Positions 46,216-54,517 of a stretch of DNA of 61,180 nt are shown here, in pieces (within the stretch, counting starts at the first letter, position 1; every line of letters starts with the position of its first letter). The translations under genes and the position numbers were made by a program. Under the pieces are notes generated by a model that saw nothing but the letters and a program-made list of their open reading frames with translations, was not told where the DNA came from and did not search any database. This DNA comes from an uncultured Thermodesulfatator sp. (GTDB lineage: Bacteria; Desulfobacterota; Dissulfuribacteria; Dissulfuribacterales; QOAL01). Location: assembly GCA_964478865.1 (NCBI GenBank), contig CAYZJS010000015.1, positions 1-61,180 on the forward strand, written 5' to 3'.

Positions 46216-47370
46216 TCATGGCTGGCCAAGGCTTCTTGATGCCTCCTCATAGACCTCTTCCACGGGGATTAGTCCCATGCAGTGGGGGTTCTTGCAGTAC
46301 TTGTCCACACAGGGCGAGCAGGGTTTTTCCCTGGTTATGACCCTGTGAATGGCAAGGTCCTGGACCGGTCCGGTTTCTCCCGGTTCCCCCGGTACGAACA
46401 GGGAGATGGTGGGAGTGCCAACGGCAATGGCAACGTGCAGGGGGCCGGTATCGTTGGTTATCAAGAGATCCAGTCCCCTTATGAGCTCCGGAAACCTGGA
46501 AAGCCCTATCTTTCCTGCAAGGTCAAGCACCCGTCCTTCTGTCCCGCTCTTTGTTGAAATGGCCTCTTTCAGCCTCCGGGCAGCCTTCCTGTCTGCCGGC
46601 CCCCCTACTAGGCAGACAACGTTTGCCTCAGAAGAGGCGAGAAGCCGGGCACCAAGTTCCGAAAAGTGCCCTTCGGGCCACGTCTTGTGAAGGCCGGATG
46701 CAGAAAACTGGAGACCTATCCTTTTAACGGGCCGGCCATCCGGGACCAGGCCGTTTTGAAAAAAAAGCCTGTCCCAGATCTGCCTGGAAACCTCAGGATC
46801 ATAGGGAAGTTCCATGCGCCGATCCTGCTCGCTGTCCAGGGAAGCACCGAAAAGGTACCTCAGAATATCAAGCCGCTGGTCTATTGCATGCCTGCCAGGG
46901 GTGTCGGGCATGCGGCACGAAAGGTATTTGCGAACATGCCGGTCCTTTTTCCCTGTCCTTAAGATAAACGGTATTCCTGCCAGGAAAGCTGCCTGGGCAG
47001 GTCACGGATCGCTGTCGTGAAATATGAGACAAAGGTCATAGCGCTGCCTTTTAAATTCTTTCAAAAGCCCCAGGATGCCCCTGCACCTGCCCCTGTACCC
47101 CAGAAGACGGCTGACATGGGGATTGGTCCTGAAAAGATCCATGAACCGTGTTCTTACAAGAAAGTGGATCTCCGCCTCCGGAAGCAGATGACTCAAGGCC
47201 CTGAGCGAAGGGGTGGCAAAAAGGGTGTCCCCTATGGCAGTGCAGGAGATGGCAAGGACCTTTCTGACCCCGGATGCATGGAATTTTTCAGGGGGAAGAA
47301 GGGCAGGGGAAGCAGACAGCCTTCTTGCAAGGAGTAAAATTCCAAGTATGGCCCTGTTTAATGCCTTCAC
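46216..47370 (-). pseudogene. GT9 heptosyltransferase-family gene interrupted by one in-frame TGA (47002-47004)
   Basis: ORFs 47002..47370 (N-terminal, ..VLAISCTAIGDTLFATPSLRAL..) and 46216..46911 (C-terminal, ..LLITNDTGPLHVAIAVGTPTISLF..) are in the same frame. The 30 codons between them (PAQAAFLAGIPFILRTGKKDRHVRKYLSCR) are open and GT9-like. The joined length of 384 codons is typical of the family. Confidence 0.75.
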
Positions 47371-48200
47371 CTCTTTTGCCCGATGTTTTTTCCAAGCTTT
47401 CGCCTGTGGCGCGCCTCTATCTTTCCGGCCTTTTTCCTGATGGCCTTTACAAGCCCCGGTTGTCTTTCAAGATCGAATCCCGATGCCCTGGAATATGCCC
47501 TGCAGAAGATCTTTTCTTCGTCTTCAGTCACGATACCCCGGGCAGAGAAAAGGAGCTCGCCCAGGTCCTTTATCCTCCAGCGGTCCGAAAGCTCCTTTTC
47601 CCGTATGACCCTTTGAAGATCAATCAGGTGGGGCACCATGTCCTTCCCCCTCAGAAAGAAATGAACCAGGTACAGGTCCTGGTGGGCAAGGCCTGCCCCG
47701 TGCATCCTGCCCACATAAAGGCCGATCCGTTCTATGATGTCGCGTCTTTTTTTCCGGTCGCCTTCCCCGAGGTCTTTCAGGACGGCCGATGCCCTCTTGT
47801 AGCCGGTGATCCCAAGGGTGAGGTTGAAGGTGCCTGCCTTTACCCTGCCGGCTGCCATGGGTATGACAGTTGGAAGCTCCAGCCTGTGAAACACTATCTG
47901 GGCCTGCCATTCATGGATGGCGTCGAACTGGAAAAATTTCAGGGAAAAGGCATCCTTTAGCCTCTTTGACAAGGGGACCCTCGTGTAGCGCTTGATATAG
48001 GCCTCGATTCCTTGTTCCCCATGCGGGGAGTCCAGGAGCAGCCTTCCCGTGGTCCTTTCCTTCAGGGCCTTTTTAACGCTTTCATCCCTGAGATTCCAGA
48101 TGTCTTCTGCGCGGAGAAGCCGGTTTTTTTCAAGGAGGGGCATGAAGTCCCTGTTTACAAAAAGCCTGCCCTTGTCGAGGATCTTGGTGGCGATTTCCAT
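47367..48200 (-). CDS. Lipopolysaccharide core kinase (RfaP/WaaP-like)
   Basis: 277 aa with ..MHGAGLAHQDLYLVHFFL..HLIDLQRV.. There is a 4-nt overlap with the GT9 gene. Confidence 0.75.
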   Translation of the reverse strand: MEIATKILDKGRLFVNRDFMPLLEKNRLLRAEDIWNLRDESVKKALKERTTGRLLLDSPHGEQGIEAYIKRYTRVPLSKRLKDAFSLKFFQFDAIHEWQAQIVFHRLELPTVIPMAAGRVKAGTFNLTLGITGYKRASAVLKDLGEGDRKKRRDIIERIGLYVGRMHGAGLAHQDLYLVHFFLRGKDMVPHLIDLQRVIREKELSDRWRIKDLGELLFSARGIVTEDEEKIFCRAYSRASGFDLERQPGLVKAIRKKAGKIEARHRRKLGKNIGQKR

Positions 48201-48232
48201 GTGGAGATATGGGTATTTCGGCCCTTTGGCCC

Positions 48233-49057
48233 TCAGCCCCTTATAGAGGCGTTAACCTGTTCCGAAAGATCCAGGGGTTCTGAAATGGCGTTTCCCCTGG
48301 AGTCGAGAAGCCTGCCTTCTTTCAGCATGATTTCTCCTTCGGAAAGTGCCCTCAGCGTCTGGACGATCAGGGGAAGTTCCCTTATCTCGCCCTGGTGCCT
48401 GATCTCCCTGAAAAGGGCAAGCCCTTCTCCCGGCTCCTCTTTGACCTTTTGGATGCCCCGCTCACTGACCAGGCGGTCGAATTCCTTCCACAGGGGCTCC
48501 CACTTGCCTCCCTGGATGGGAAAGGAGAAAAAGGTGATGGCCGGACCCCTGTCGAGTTCTGGTGTGACAAGGTGCATCATGGCCCCGGTTTTTTCCTCCC
48601 GGTTTTCAAGGAGTTGCCATATGACCTCCTGCCATGTCCCCGTGGGCCCTCCCGGCAGGGCGGGGTGGAGGTTGACTGCGTCTATCTTACGGCAGATTTC
48701 AGCACTGAGGACCCACATGTAGCCTGCAAGCACAGCCATGGTGCAACGGTATTTTTCTATGCGTTCAAACACCTGCCTGTGGTAGAGTGTCCGCCACTCC
48801 TGCCTGTCCTCCTTCCTGAGCTCCGGTTTGAAGTTTACTGCAGAAAGGCTTTCGATAGGGACCTTTCGCTTCCTGGCAAGGGACATGATCTCGTCGCTGA
48901 ACCTGCCTTCGCCCTCCTTCCTGGAGCAGAAAAGATAGGCCATCTCACCCTTTATGACTCCCTGCTCCATGGCCTGCCATACCGTGTTGAAAAGGTTCAC
49001 GGCAGCCTGGTCCCGTCCTGTGGTCCACCATCCGAACTGAAAGTTTTTAAAGGTCAT
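48233..49057 (-). CDS. Formyltransferase-domain protein (PurN-like catalytic core with C-terminal extension)
   Basis: 274 aa with ..AVNLHPALPGGP.. (the N..H pair) and ..MMHLVTPELDRGPAI.. (Asp), matching the PurN-type catalytic triad positions. Confidence 0.7.
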   Translation of the reverse strand: MTFKNFQFGWWTTGRDQAAVNLFNTVWQAMEQGVIKGEMAYLFCSRKEGEGRFSDEIMSLARKRKVPIESLSAVNFKPELRKEDRQEWRTLYHRQVFERIEKYRCTMAVLAGYMWVLSAEICRKIDAVNLHPALPGGPTGTWQEVIWQLLENREEKTGAMMHLVTPELDRGPAITFFSFPIQGGKWEPLWKEFDRLVSERGIQKVKEEPGEGLALFREIRHQGEIRELPLIVQTLRALSEGEIMLKEGRLLDSRGNAISEPLDLSEQVNASIRG

Positions 49058-49064
49058 AGCTCAT

Positions 49065-50075
49065 TCACTCCTTTAAGGCAGACAAGCTGTCAATCCAGCT
49101 TCTTCCCGGAAATTTCAGGGAGTAGGCGGCAAGGTCTATCCCCTTTTCCAGGGCCTTTCTGGCACTCCTGCCACTTAATACAGACGAAAGGACGCCTGCG
49201 TTGAACGCATCTCCCGCCCCCGTGTTGTCTACTATAGCATCCACCTTTTTGGCAGGACAGGAAATATTGCCCCGGACAGAAAGGAGAACGGCACCCTTGC
49301 TCCCCATCTTTCTGGCAATGACCGGCGGCGGAAGATCCCGGAAAAATTCATACCGGCCCAGGATCTCCTTGTCCTTGCTGCAAAGATCCCTTTTCAGGAT
49401 GTCCGCCATGTCCCTGTTGCCGAAGAGCTGCGAAAGTTCGTAATCAGTGGAAAAAAGAAGATCCGTCCGGCCAAGGAGTCCTTCAATTGCAAGGCGTCCC
49501 TTTGCCGCGTAGATCTCGCCCGGGTCAAATGACACCATGGTGCCCGTTCCGGTCCGGGACAGCAGCCCGGCCTGAAGAGAGATTCCCTCATCCTGGACAA
49601 GGGAGGTGAAGTGGAAGAGGGCGGCTTCCCGGAGTAGGCCTCCAAGCCTCCTGTCCGAAGGATCGACGAAGACAGGGCCAGGGGCCACGAACATGGCCCG
49701 GTCCCTTCTTTTTCTTCCAAGTACTATTATGCACAGGGAGCTTTTGCCCTTTCTGGTGACCAGCGAGCAATCCACGCCCTGCATGGATTCCAGGATGAAG
49801 GCGCCCTCTTCGTCTTCACCCACCGAACCGATGAAGGAGCAGTCAAAACCCATCCCGGCCAGGGCGCAAATGGTGTTTGCCGCAGAGCCACCTCCGCTCC
49901 TTGCCAGGAGCCGGCCCGTTCTTTCGAGTTCTGTCCTGAGGTCTTGGGCCTGGGCGTGTGTGCCCCATGTCTCGTGTCCTGCGGCAAGCCTGAGGCCGCC
50001 TTGCCGGATGTCCCCGAGATCCGGGACCTCGTAGATCATGTCAAGGTTCAGTGCCCCGGAGCCTGCTATTTTCAT
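49065..50075 (-). CDS. PfkB-family carbohydrate/nucleoside kinase
   Basis: 336 aa with ..GGSAANT.. and a C-terminal ..DNTGAGDAFNAG.. motif. Confidence 0.8.
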   Translation of the reverse strand: MKIAGSGALNLDMIYEVPDLGDIRQGGLRLAAGHETWGTHAQAQDLRTELERTGRLLARSGGGSAANTICALAGMGFDCSFIGSVGEDEEGAFILESMQGVDCSLVTRKGKSSLCIIVLGRKRRDRAMFVAPGPVFVDPSDRRLGGLLREAALFHFTSLVQDEGISLQAGLLSRTGTGTMVSFDPGEIYAAKGRLAIEGLLGRTDLLFSTDYELSQLFGNRDMADILKRDLCSKDKEILGRYEFFRDLPPPVIARKMGSKGAVLLSVRGNISCPAKKVDAIVDNTGAGDAFNAGVLSSVLSGRSARKALEKGIDLAAYSLKFPGRSWIDSLSALKE

Positions 50076-50842
50076 GGGTTTTCCCGCCTGTTGAATTCCA
50101 CTATTTCCCGGAATTTCACCCCGGTGCCGCCGAATATGTCAAGGGCGCTTCCAATGGTAAGATCCAGCCTGCCGCGTCCAAGTTCCCTCACCTTGAAGGC
50201 ATCTTCCATTGACCTTGCCCCTCCCGCATATGTGGTGGGAATGGGGGCCAGTTCGGCCAGGAGGCTTACGAGTTCGGTATCGATGCCCTGGCATTTTCCT
50301 TCAACATCCACTCCGTGTACCAGGAACTCGTCTGCGTACGAGGAAAGTTCCCCTATCAGCCTGCTTCCTATGGGAACCCGGGTGAAATTCTGCCACCTGT
50401 CCGTAACTATGAAATAGGCACCGTCTTTCTTCCTGCAGCTCAGGTCAAGGACGAGCCTCTCTTTTCCAACCGTTTTCAGAAGCCTGTCCAGCCTGGAGTA
50501 GTCTATCTCTCCCCTGTAGAATACGTACGAGGTGACTATCACGTGGGAGGCACCCTGGTCCAGCCAGAAGGAGGCATTTTCCGCAGTGATTCCACCTCCT
50601 ATCTGGAGGCCTCCGGGCCACTCGTTCAGGGCCTCCCTGGCTGCATCCTCGTTCCCCGGGCCCAGCATGATCACGTGGCCCCCGGTAAGGTCATTGTCCC
50701 TGAAAAGGGCAGAGAAATAGGCAGGCGGCTGGCTTGCCGTGAAGTTTTCCCTTACTGCAGACGAGTCGTCATCCCTGAGGGTGGAGCCCACTATCTGTTT
50801 CACCCTGCCCTGGTGCAGGTCTATGCATGGTCGTATCCTCAT
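50072..50842 (-). CDS. HisA-family (His6/eukaryote-type-like) phosphoribosyl isomerase homologue
   Basis: 256 aa, (beta/alpha)8-like, with MRIRPCIDLHQGRVKQIVG.., ..LQIGGGI.. and ..VHGVDVEGK... It has 4-nt overlaps with both neighbours. Confidence 0.7.
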   Translation of the reverse strand: MRIRPCIDLHQGRVKQIVGSTLRDDDSSAVRENFTASQPPAYFSALFRDNDLTGGHVIMLGPGNEDAAREALNEWPGGLQIGGGITAENASFWLDQGASHVIVTSYVFYRGEIDYSRLDRLLKTVGKERLVLDLSCRKKDGAYFIVTDRWQNFTRVPIGSRLIGELSSYADEFLVHGVDVEGKCQGIDTELVSLLAELAPIPTTYAGGARSMEDAFKVRELGRGRLDLTIGSALDIFGGTGVKFREIVEFNRRENP

Positions 50843-52506
50843 GGCCTGTTCCTGTTGCGGTTTTTTTTGCCTTTCCCGGTCTTTTGCAAAACAGACGGGA
50901 TTTCAAGGTGGTGGTGATCCCTGCCGGAAAAGAAGTTGATCCAGGACGAAGACCTGTCAAGCCCCCAGTCCCGGGGCGGCAGTATCCGTGCCTCTTCGAG
51001 GAGAAGTTCCCTCCTCCGGCGCATCCTTTCGTACTGTCTTACGTACAGGCAGCGCTTCTGCCCGGGCCATACCTCGCACCACCCGTCCCTGCTCCCACCG
51101 CATGGCCCGTTCACAAGCCTTTTTGCACATTGGGACTGGGGGCACAGAAGCTCAAGGTCCGAAAGGTAGCAGTCCCCGCACCTGTAACAGTCATACAGGA
51201 TTCCCTTGAAGAAGTATTCAAGGGCAGCAACAATCCTGATTGTCCTCTCGCTCCGGATGGAAGTTAGCAGCCTGCAGGCAGTCCGGAAAAGAGGTCCGCC
51301 GGTTTCGAAAAAGAGATGATGCACCGCCTTTCCCAGCAGAAAGGCCGGAGAAAATGCCTTGTGTAATGGTTTTCCGTCCCCTTTTATGTTAATCCCATGC
51401 AGCTTTTGGGTATTTCCTTTCTTTGCCAGAACCGGTTTCCTGTTGAGGCCGGTTTTTTCATCTCGGCCGAAAAGATGAAACTGTTTTTCTTCCGGAAAAA
51501 GAAATTCCGGAACGAACCTTTGCCACTCGGGACACATCTCATCAGCCAGTTCTATAACCTGGCGGATATGGCCGTATTCAAGGCCGGGGCCACTGAGATG
51601 CGCGCCCTGAAAGCCCATGCCGCAAAGCATGGCAGTCATGGCGGCAGCCCTCTGGATCATGCCGTCAAGCGCACCGGCGGCAGAACTGCCCTGCTGGACA
51701 ATGGTGTCCAGAAGGCGTTTTGGCATGGTGCATCCTGGTATTATGCCTTTTCTTATGACGGTGGCAAGCCTTGCATCCGGGATGAACACTGTTCCTATCA
51801 GGGGCGTGTCCAGGCCCAAGAGGTCCAGGAGCAGGCGAAGCTCGTGGTACTTTCGAATGTCAAAGCCCATCTGTGTGATTATGAAATCGGCGCCTGCCGT
51901 GATTTTCCTCTTCAGCTTGAGGTACTGCTGTACCTGCTCGGCCTCGGTGGCCTTGAAGGGGGACACCACGCATCCTGCATGGAAATCCATCGGGTCAAGT
52001 CTCACCCCGCCGCCAGGGGCCTTTTTGTTTATCACCAGGCCCGTGCGGATTTCCTGGATCATGCCGAGAACCAGGACGGAATCCAGGTCGTACACGGGCT
52101 TTGCCCTCCCCATGAATCCATACCTCGGATAATCACCGGTAATGACGAGAAGGGTGTTGAGCCCCGCCCTGTCCAGCTCGAAAAGCTGGCTCTCTATGAG
52201 GTTACGGTTCTTGTCCTTGCACGAAAAGTGGATGACAGGCTCCATGCCCAGGGCCTTTATTTCCTTCCCGAGGGCCGTGGGAGTAAGTGCGGGGTGCCCT
52301 CCTGCATTGTCCGTAATGGAAAGCGCGGTGATACGGCCGTGCGCGGCTGCTTCCATTGCAAAATGCAGGGTCTTGTCGATGACCTCGCTCCTGGAGGCCC
52401 GGGCCGGAACCAGCTCGAAGGTGATGACGAATTTTTCAGGCGGAGTACCCTTTTCAGGGTCCCGGTGCCTCAGCGAAAGTGCCAGTTTTTCCTTAAGGGT
52501 TTGCAC
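50839..52506 (-). CDS. Methylenetetrahydrofolate reductase fused to a MetV-like Cys-rich C-terminal domain
   Basis: 555 aa with an N-terminal MTHFR barrel (..FELVPAR.., ..LLVITGDYP..). The C-terminus is CYRCGDCYLSDLELLCPQSQCAKRLVNGPCGGSRDGWCEV, typical of the MTHFR_C/MetV zinc-ribbon. Confidence 0.75.
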   Translation of the reverse strand: MQTLKEKLALSLRHRDPEKGTPPEKFVITFELVPARASRSEVIDKTLHFAMEAAAHGRITALSITDNAGGHPALTPTALGKEIKALGMEPVIHFSCKDKNRNLIESQLFELDRAGLNTLLVITGDYPRYGFMGRAKPVYDLDSVLVLGMIQEIRTGLVINKKAPGGGVRLDPMDFHAGCVVSPFKATEAEQVQQYLKLKRKITAGADFIITQMGFDIRKYHELRLLLDLLGLDTPLIGTVFIPDARLATVIRKGIIPGCTMPKRLLDTIVQQGSSAAGALDGMIQRAAAMTAMLCGMGFQGAHLSGPGLEYGHIRQVIELADEMCPEWQRFVPEFLFPEEKQFHLFGRDEKTGLNRKPVLAKKGNTQKLHGINIKGDGKPLHKAFSPAFLLGKAVHHLFFETGGPLFRTACRLLTSIRSERTIRIVAALEYFFKGILYDCYRCGDCYLSDLELLCPQSQCAKRLVNGPCGGSRDGWCEVWPGQKRCLYVRQYERMRRRRELLLEEARILPPRDWGLDRSSSWINFFSGRDHHHLEIPSVLQKTGKGKKNRNRNRP

Positions 52507-52530
52507 TAAAGGTGTACCAGACCATTCCTG

Positions 52531-54516
52531 TCAGACCTTTGCCCTCAGTTTCCTCTTGTCACCGATGCGAATGGTTATCTTTTTGGCATCAAGGTGTTCC
52601 AGGAGCGGGATCATGAATTTCCTGGACAGGCCTCCGGTAAGCTTCCGGAAATCAGAAACGGCCATTTCCTCGTTCTCTTTCAGGTAGTCGATCACGTCCT
52701 GTTCCATCCTGGAAAGCACGTCCGGGTGGAAGAAGATGCCGTCTTTAAGCCTCAGGAGCCTGCCCTGCCTTGCAAGCATGTCAAAAATCTCGAGTCCGTC
52801 CTTCATGGTTGTACGGGATGATATGGCCTTCTTGACCGCCTCTTCCCGAGACGGTGGAGAAAGCCCTGCCTCGAGGTATGTGTCTTCCAGGGCCTTTTTT
52901 ATCTTTTCTTCCTCCTCCCGGAGCCTTACCCGGTGCGTGGCAAGACGGACCGTCTCCTTGTCTGATGCGATCTGTTCTTCCTTTTCGAGAAGGTCCAGCA
53001 CCTTTTGAAACAGCCGCTGGTAGGAAAGGGCAGAGCCCTGTTCGGAAGGAGGGATCCATCTCCTGGCGGCAGGGGACGATGGAAACAGCCTGGATTTGAG
53101 CTCTTCCCTGGGCATGCCCTGGAGGAGAGGCTTTTCAGCGTGGTAGGTCTTCAGGAGCTCAAGGGTCTTTTCCTTGAGTTTTTCCACCACGGCGGATGAA
53201 ATGAACTTGTCCTCCGGGCCGAACTTGACAATCCGCCTGCTGCTCAGCAGCCCCTGCAGTTCCTTCTGGAGGGTCTTTCCGTACCGGCCTGTCCTGAGCG
53301 CGATCTCGGGAGTGGAAAGTCCCCTGGGGCCGGCCTTCTTTAGATGCAGCTCTATTATTTCCGTGGGGGTGCCCCCGGCCAGCACCTTCAGTTCGTCCCA
53401 GAGGTCCTTCCTGGCACGCTTTCTCTTCCTGGGCAGGGGGTTCAGGATCCTGCCACCGCCTATGGTCCTTATGGGAGAATAGCTCCGAATCACGTACCTG
53501 TCTCCAGGCAGCACTGCCACCGGCTCCTCCAGCTTTATCTGGACGAATGCGCTTTTGCCCGGCAGTATCTCATCCCCCGGCATGAGTATCCTGCCGATGA
53601 TCTCCGAGGTGCCGGTATGAAACCTTACCGGCATCCTGTGCCTGAGGGGTTTTTCCGCGCTTGAAAGGTAGAAGAGTTCAAGGTCCAGCAGCCAGCTTGG
53701 CCTGAGGCTTTCCGGAAGGGCAACCACGGAACCCCTGGTGATGTCTTCCTTTGTCACGCCCTGGAGGTTCAGGGCGGTCCTGAGGCCGGGTACTGCCCTC
53801 TGGCTCTCTTTTCCGTGTACCTGTATGCCGCGGATCCTGGTTTCAAGCCCTGATGGAAAGACCGTTACCTCGTCGCCAACCTGGATGGTCCCGGATATGG
53901 CCGTACCGGTAACCACGGTGCCAAAGCCCTTCATTATGAATGACCTGTCAACAGGCAGGCGAAACGGCCCCTGTATCTTCCTGTCGGGAACCTCGAGCAC
54001 CAGGCTGTCAATGGTCTTGAGCAGCTTTTCAAGGCCCTGTCCGGTGACGGATGAAACAGGGACCACCGGTGCCTCGTTCAGAAAGGTGTCCTTGAGGAAT
54101 TCCCTTATGTCCTCGGTTACAAGCTCCAGCCATTCCTCGTCCACCATGTCGGTCTTGGTAAGGACCACAAGCCCCCTCTTTATGCCAAGCAGCTGGCATA
54201 TCTCCAGGTGTTCCCTGGTCTGGGGCATGACGCCTTCGTCCGCCGCAATCACGAGGGCCACTATGTCCACGCCGGTGACACCGGCCACCATGTTCTTTAC
54301 AAAGCGCTCGTGCCCAGGCACGTCCACCACACCTATGGACGTGCCGGAAGGAAGCTCCAGCCTGGCGAAGCCCAGCTCTATGGTTATCCCCCGCTGCTTT
54401 TCCTCCTTGAGCCTGTCGGTGTCCGTGCCGGTAATGGCCTTTACAAGGGTGGTCTTGCCGTGATCAATATGGCCGGCTGTTCCTATGATTACGGTCTTGG
54501 TGTCTGGCGTATCCAA
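52531..54516 (-). CDS. selB: Selenocysteine-specific translation elongation factor
   Basis: 661 aa with an EF-Tu-like G domain (GTAGHIDHGKTTLVKAITG, DVPGHERF, TKTD) and a long C-terminal winged-helix extension. Confidence 0.9.
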   Translation of the reverse strand: MDTPDTKTVIIGTAGHIDHGKTTLVKAITGTDTDRLKEEKQRGITIELGFARLELPSGTSIGVVDVPGHERFVKNMVAGVTGVDIVALVIAADEGVMPQTREHLEICQLLGIKRGLVVLTKTDMVDEEWLELVTEDIREFLKDTFLNEAPVVPVSSVTGQGLEKLLKTIDSLVLEVPDRKIQGPFRLPVDRSFIMKGFGTVVTGTAISGTIQVGDEVTVFPSGLETRIRGIQVHGKESQRAVPGLRTALNLQGVTKEDITRGSVVALPESLRPSWLLDLELFYLSSAEKPLRHRMPVRFHTGTSEIIGRILMPGDEILPGKSAFVQIKLEEPVAVLPGDRYVIRSYSPIRTIGGGRILNPLPRKRKRARKDLWDELKVLAGGTPTEIIELHLKKAGPRGLSTPEIALRTGRYGKTLQKELQGLLSSRRIVKFGPEDKFISSAVVEKLKEKTLELLKTYHAEKPLLQGMPREELKSRLFPSSPAARRWIPPSEQGSALSYQRLFQKVLDLLEKEEQIASDKETVRLATHRVRLREEEEKIKKALEDTYLEAGLSPPSREEAVKKAISSRTTMKDGLEIFDMLARQGRLLRLKDGIFFHPDVLSRMEQDVIDYLKENEEMAVSDFRKLTGGLSRKFMIPLLEHLDAKKITIRIGDKRKLRAKV

Positions 54517-54517
54517 T

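Noticed and set aside
51397-52509. 370-aa plus-strand ORF opposite the MTHFR-MetV gene
   Set aside because: This is a shadow ORF. The minus-strand product has clear MTHFR and MetV motifs, and the plus-strand product has none.
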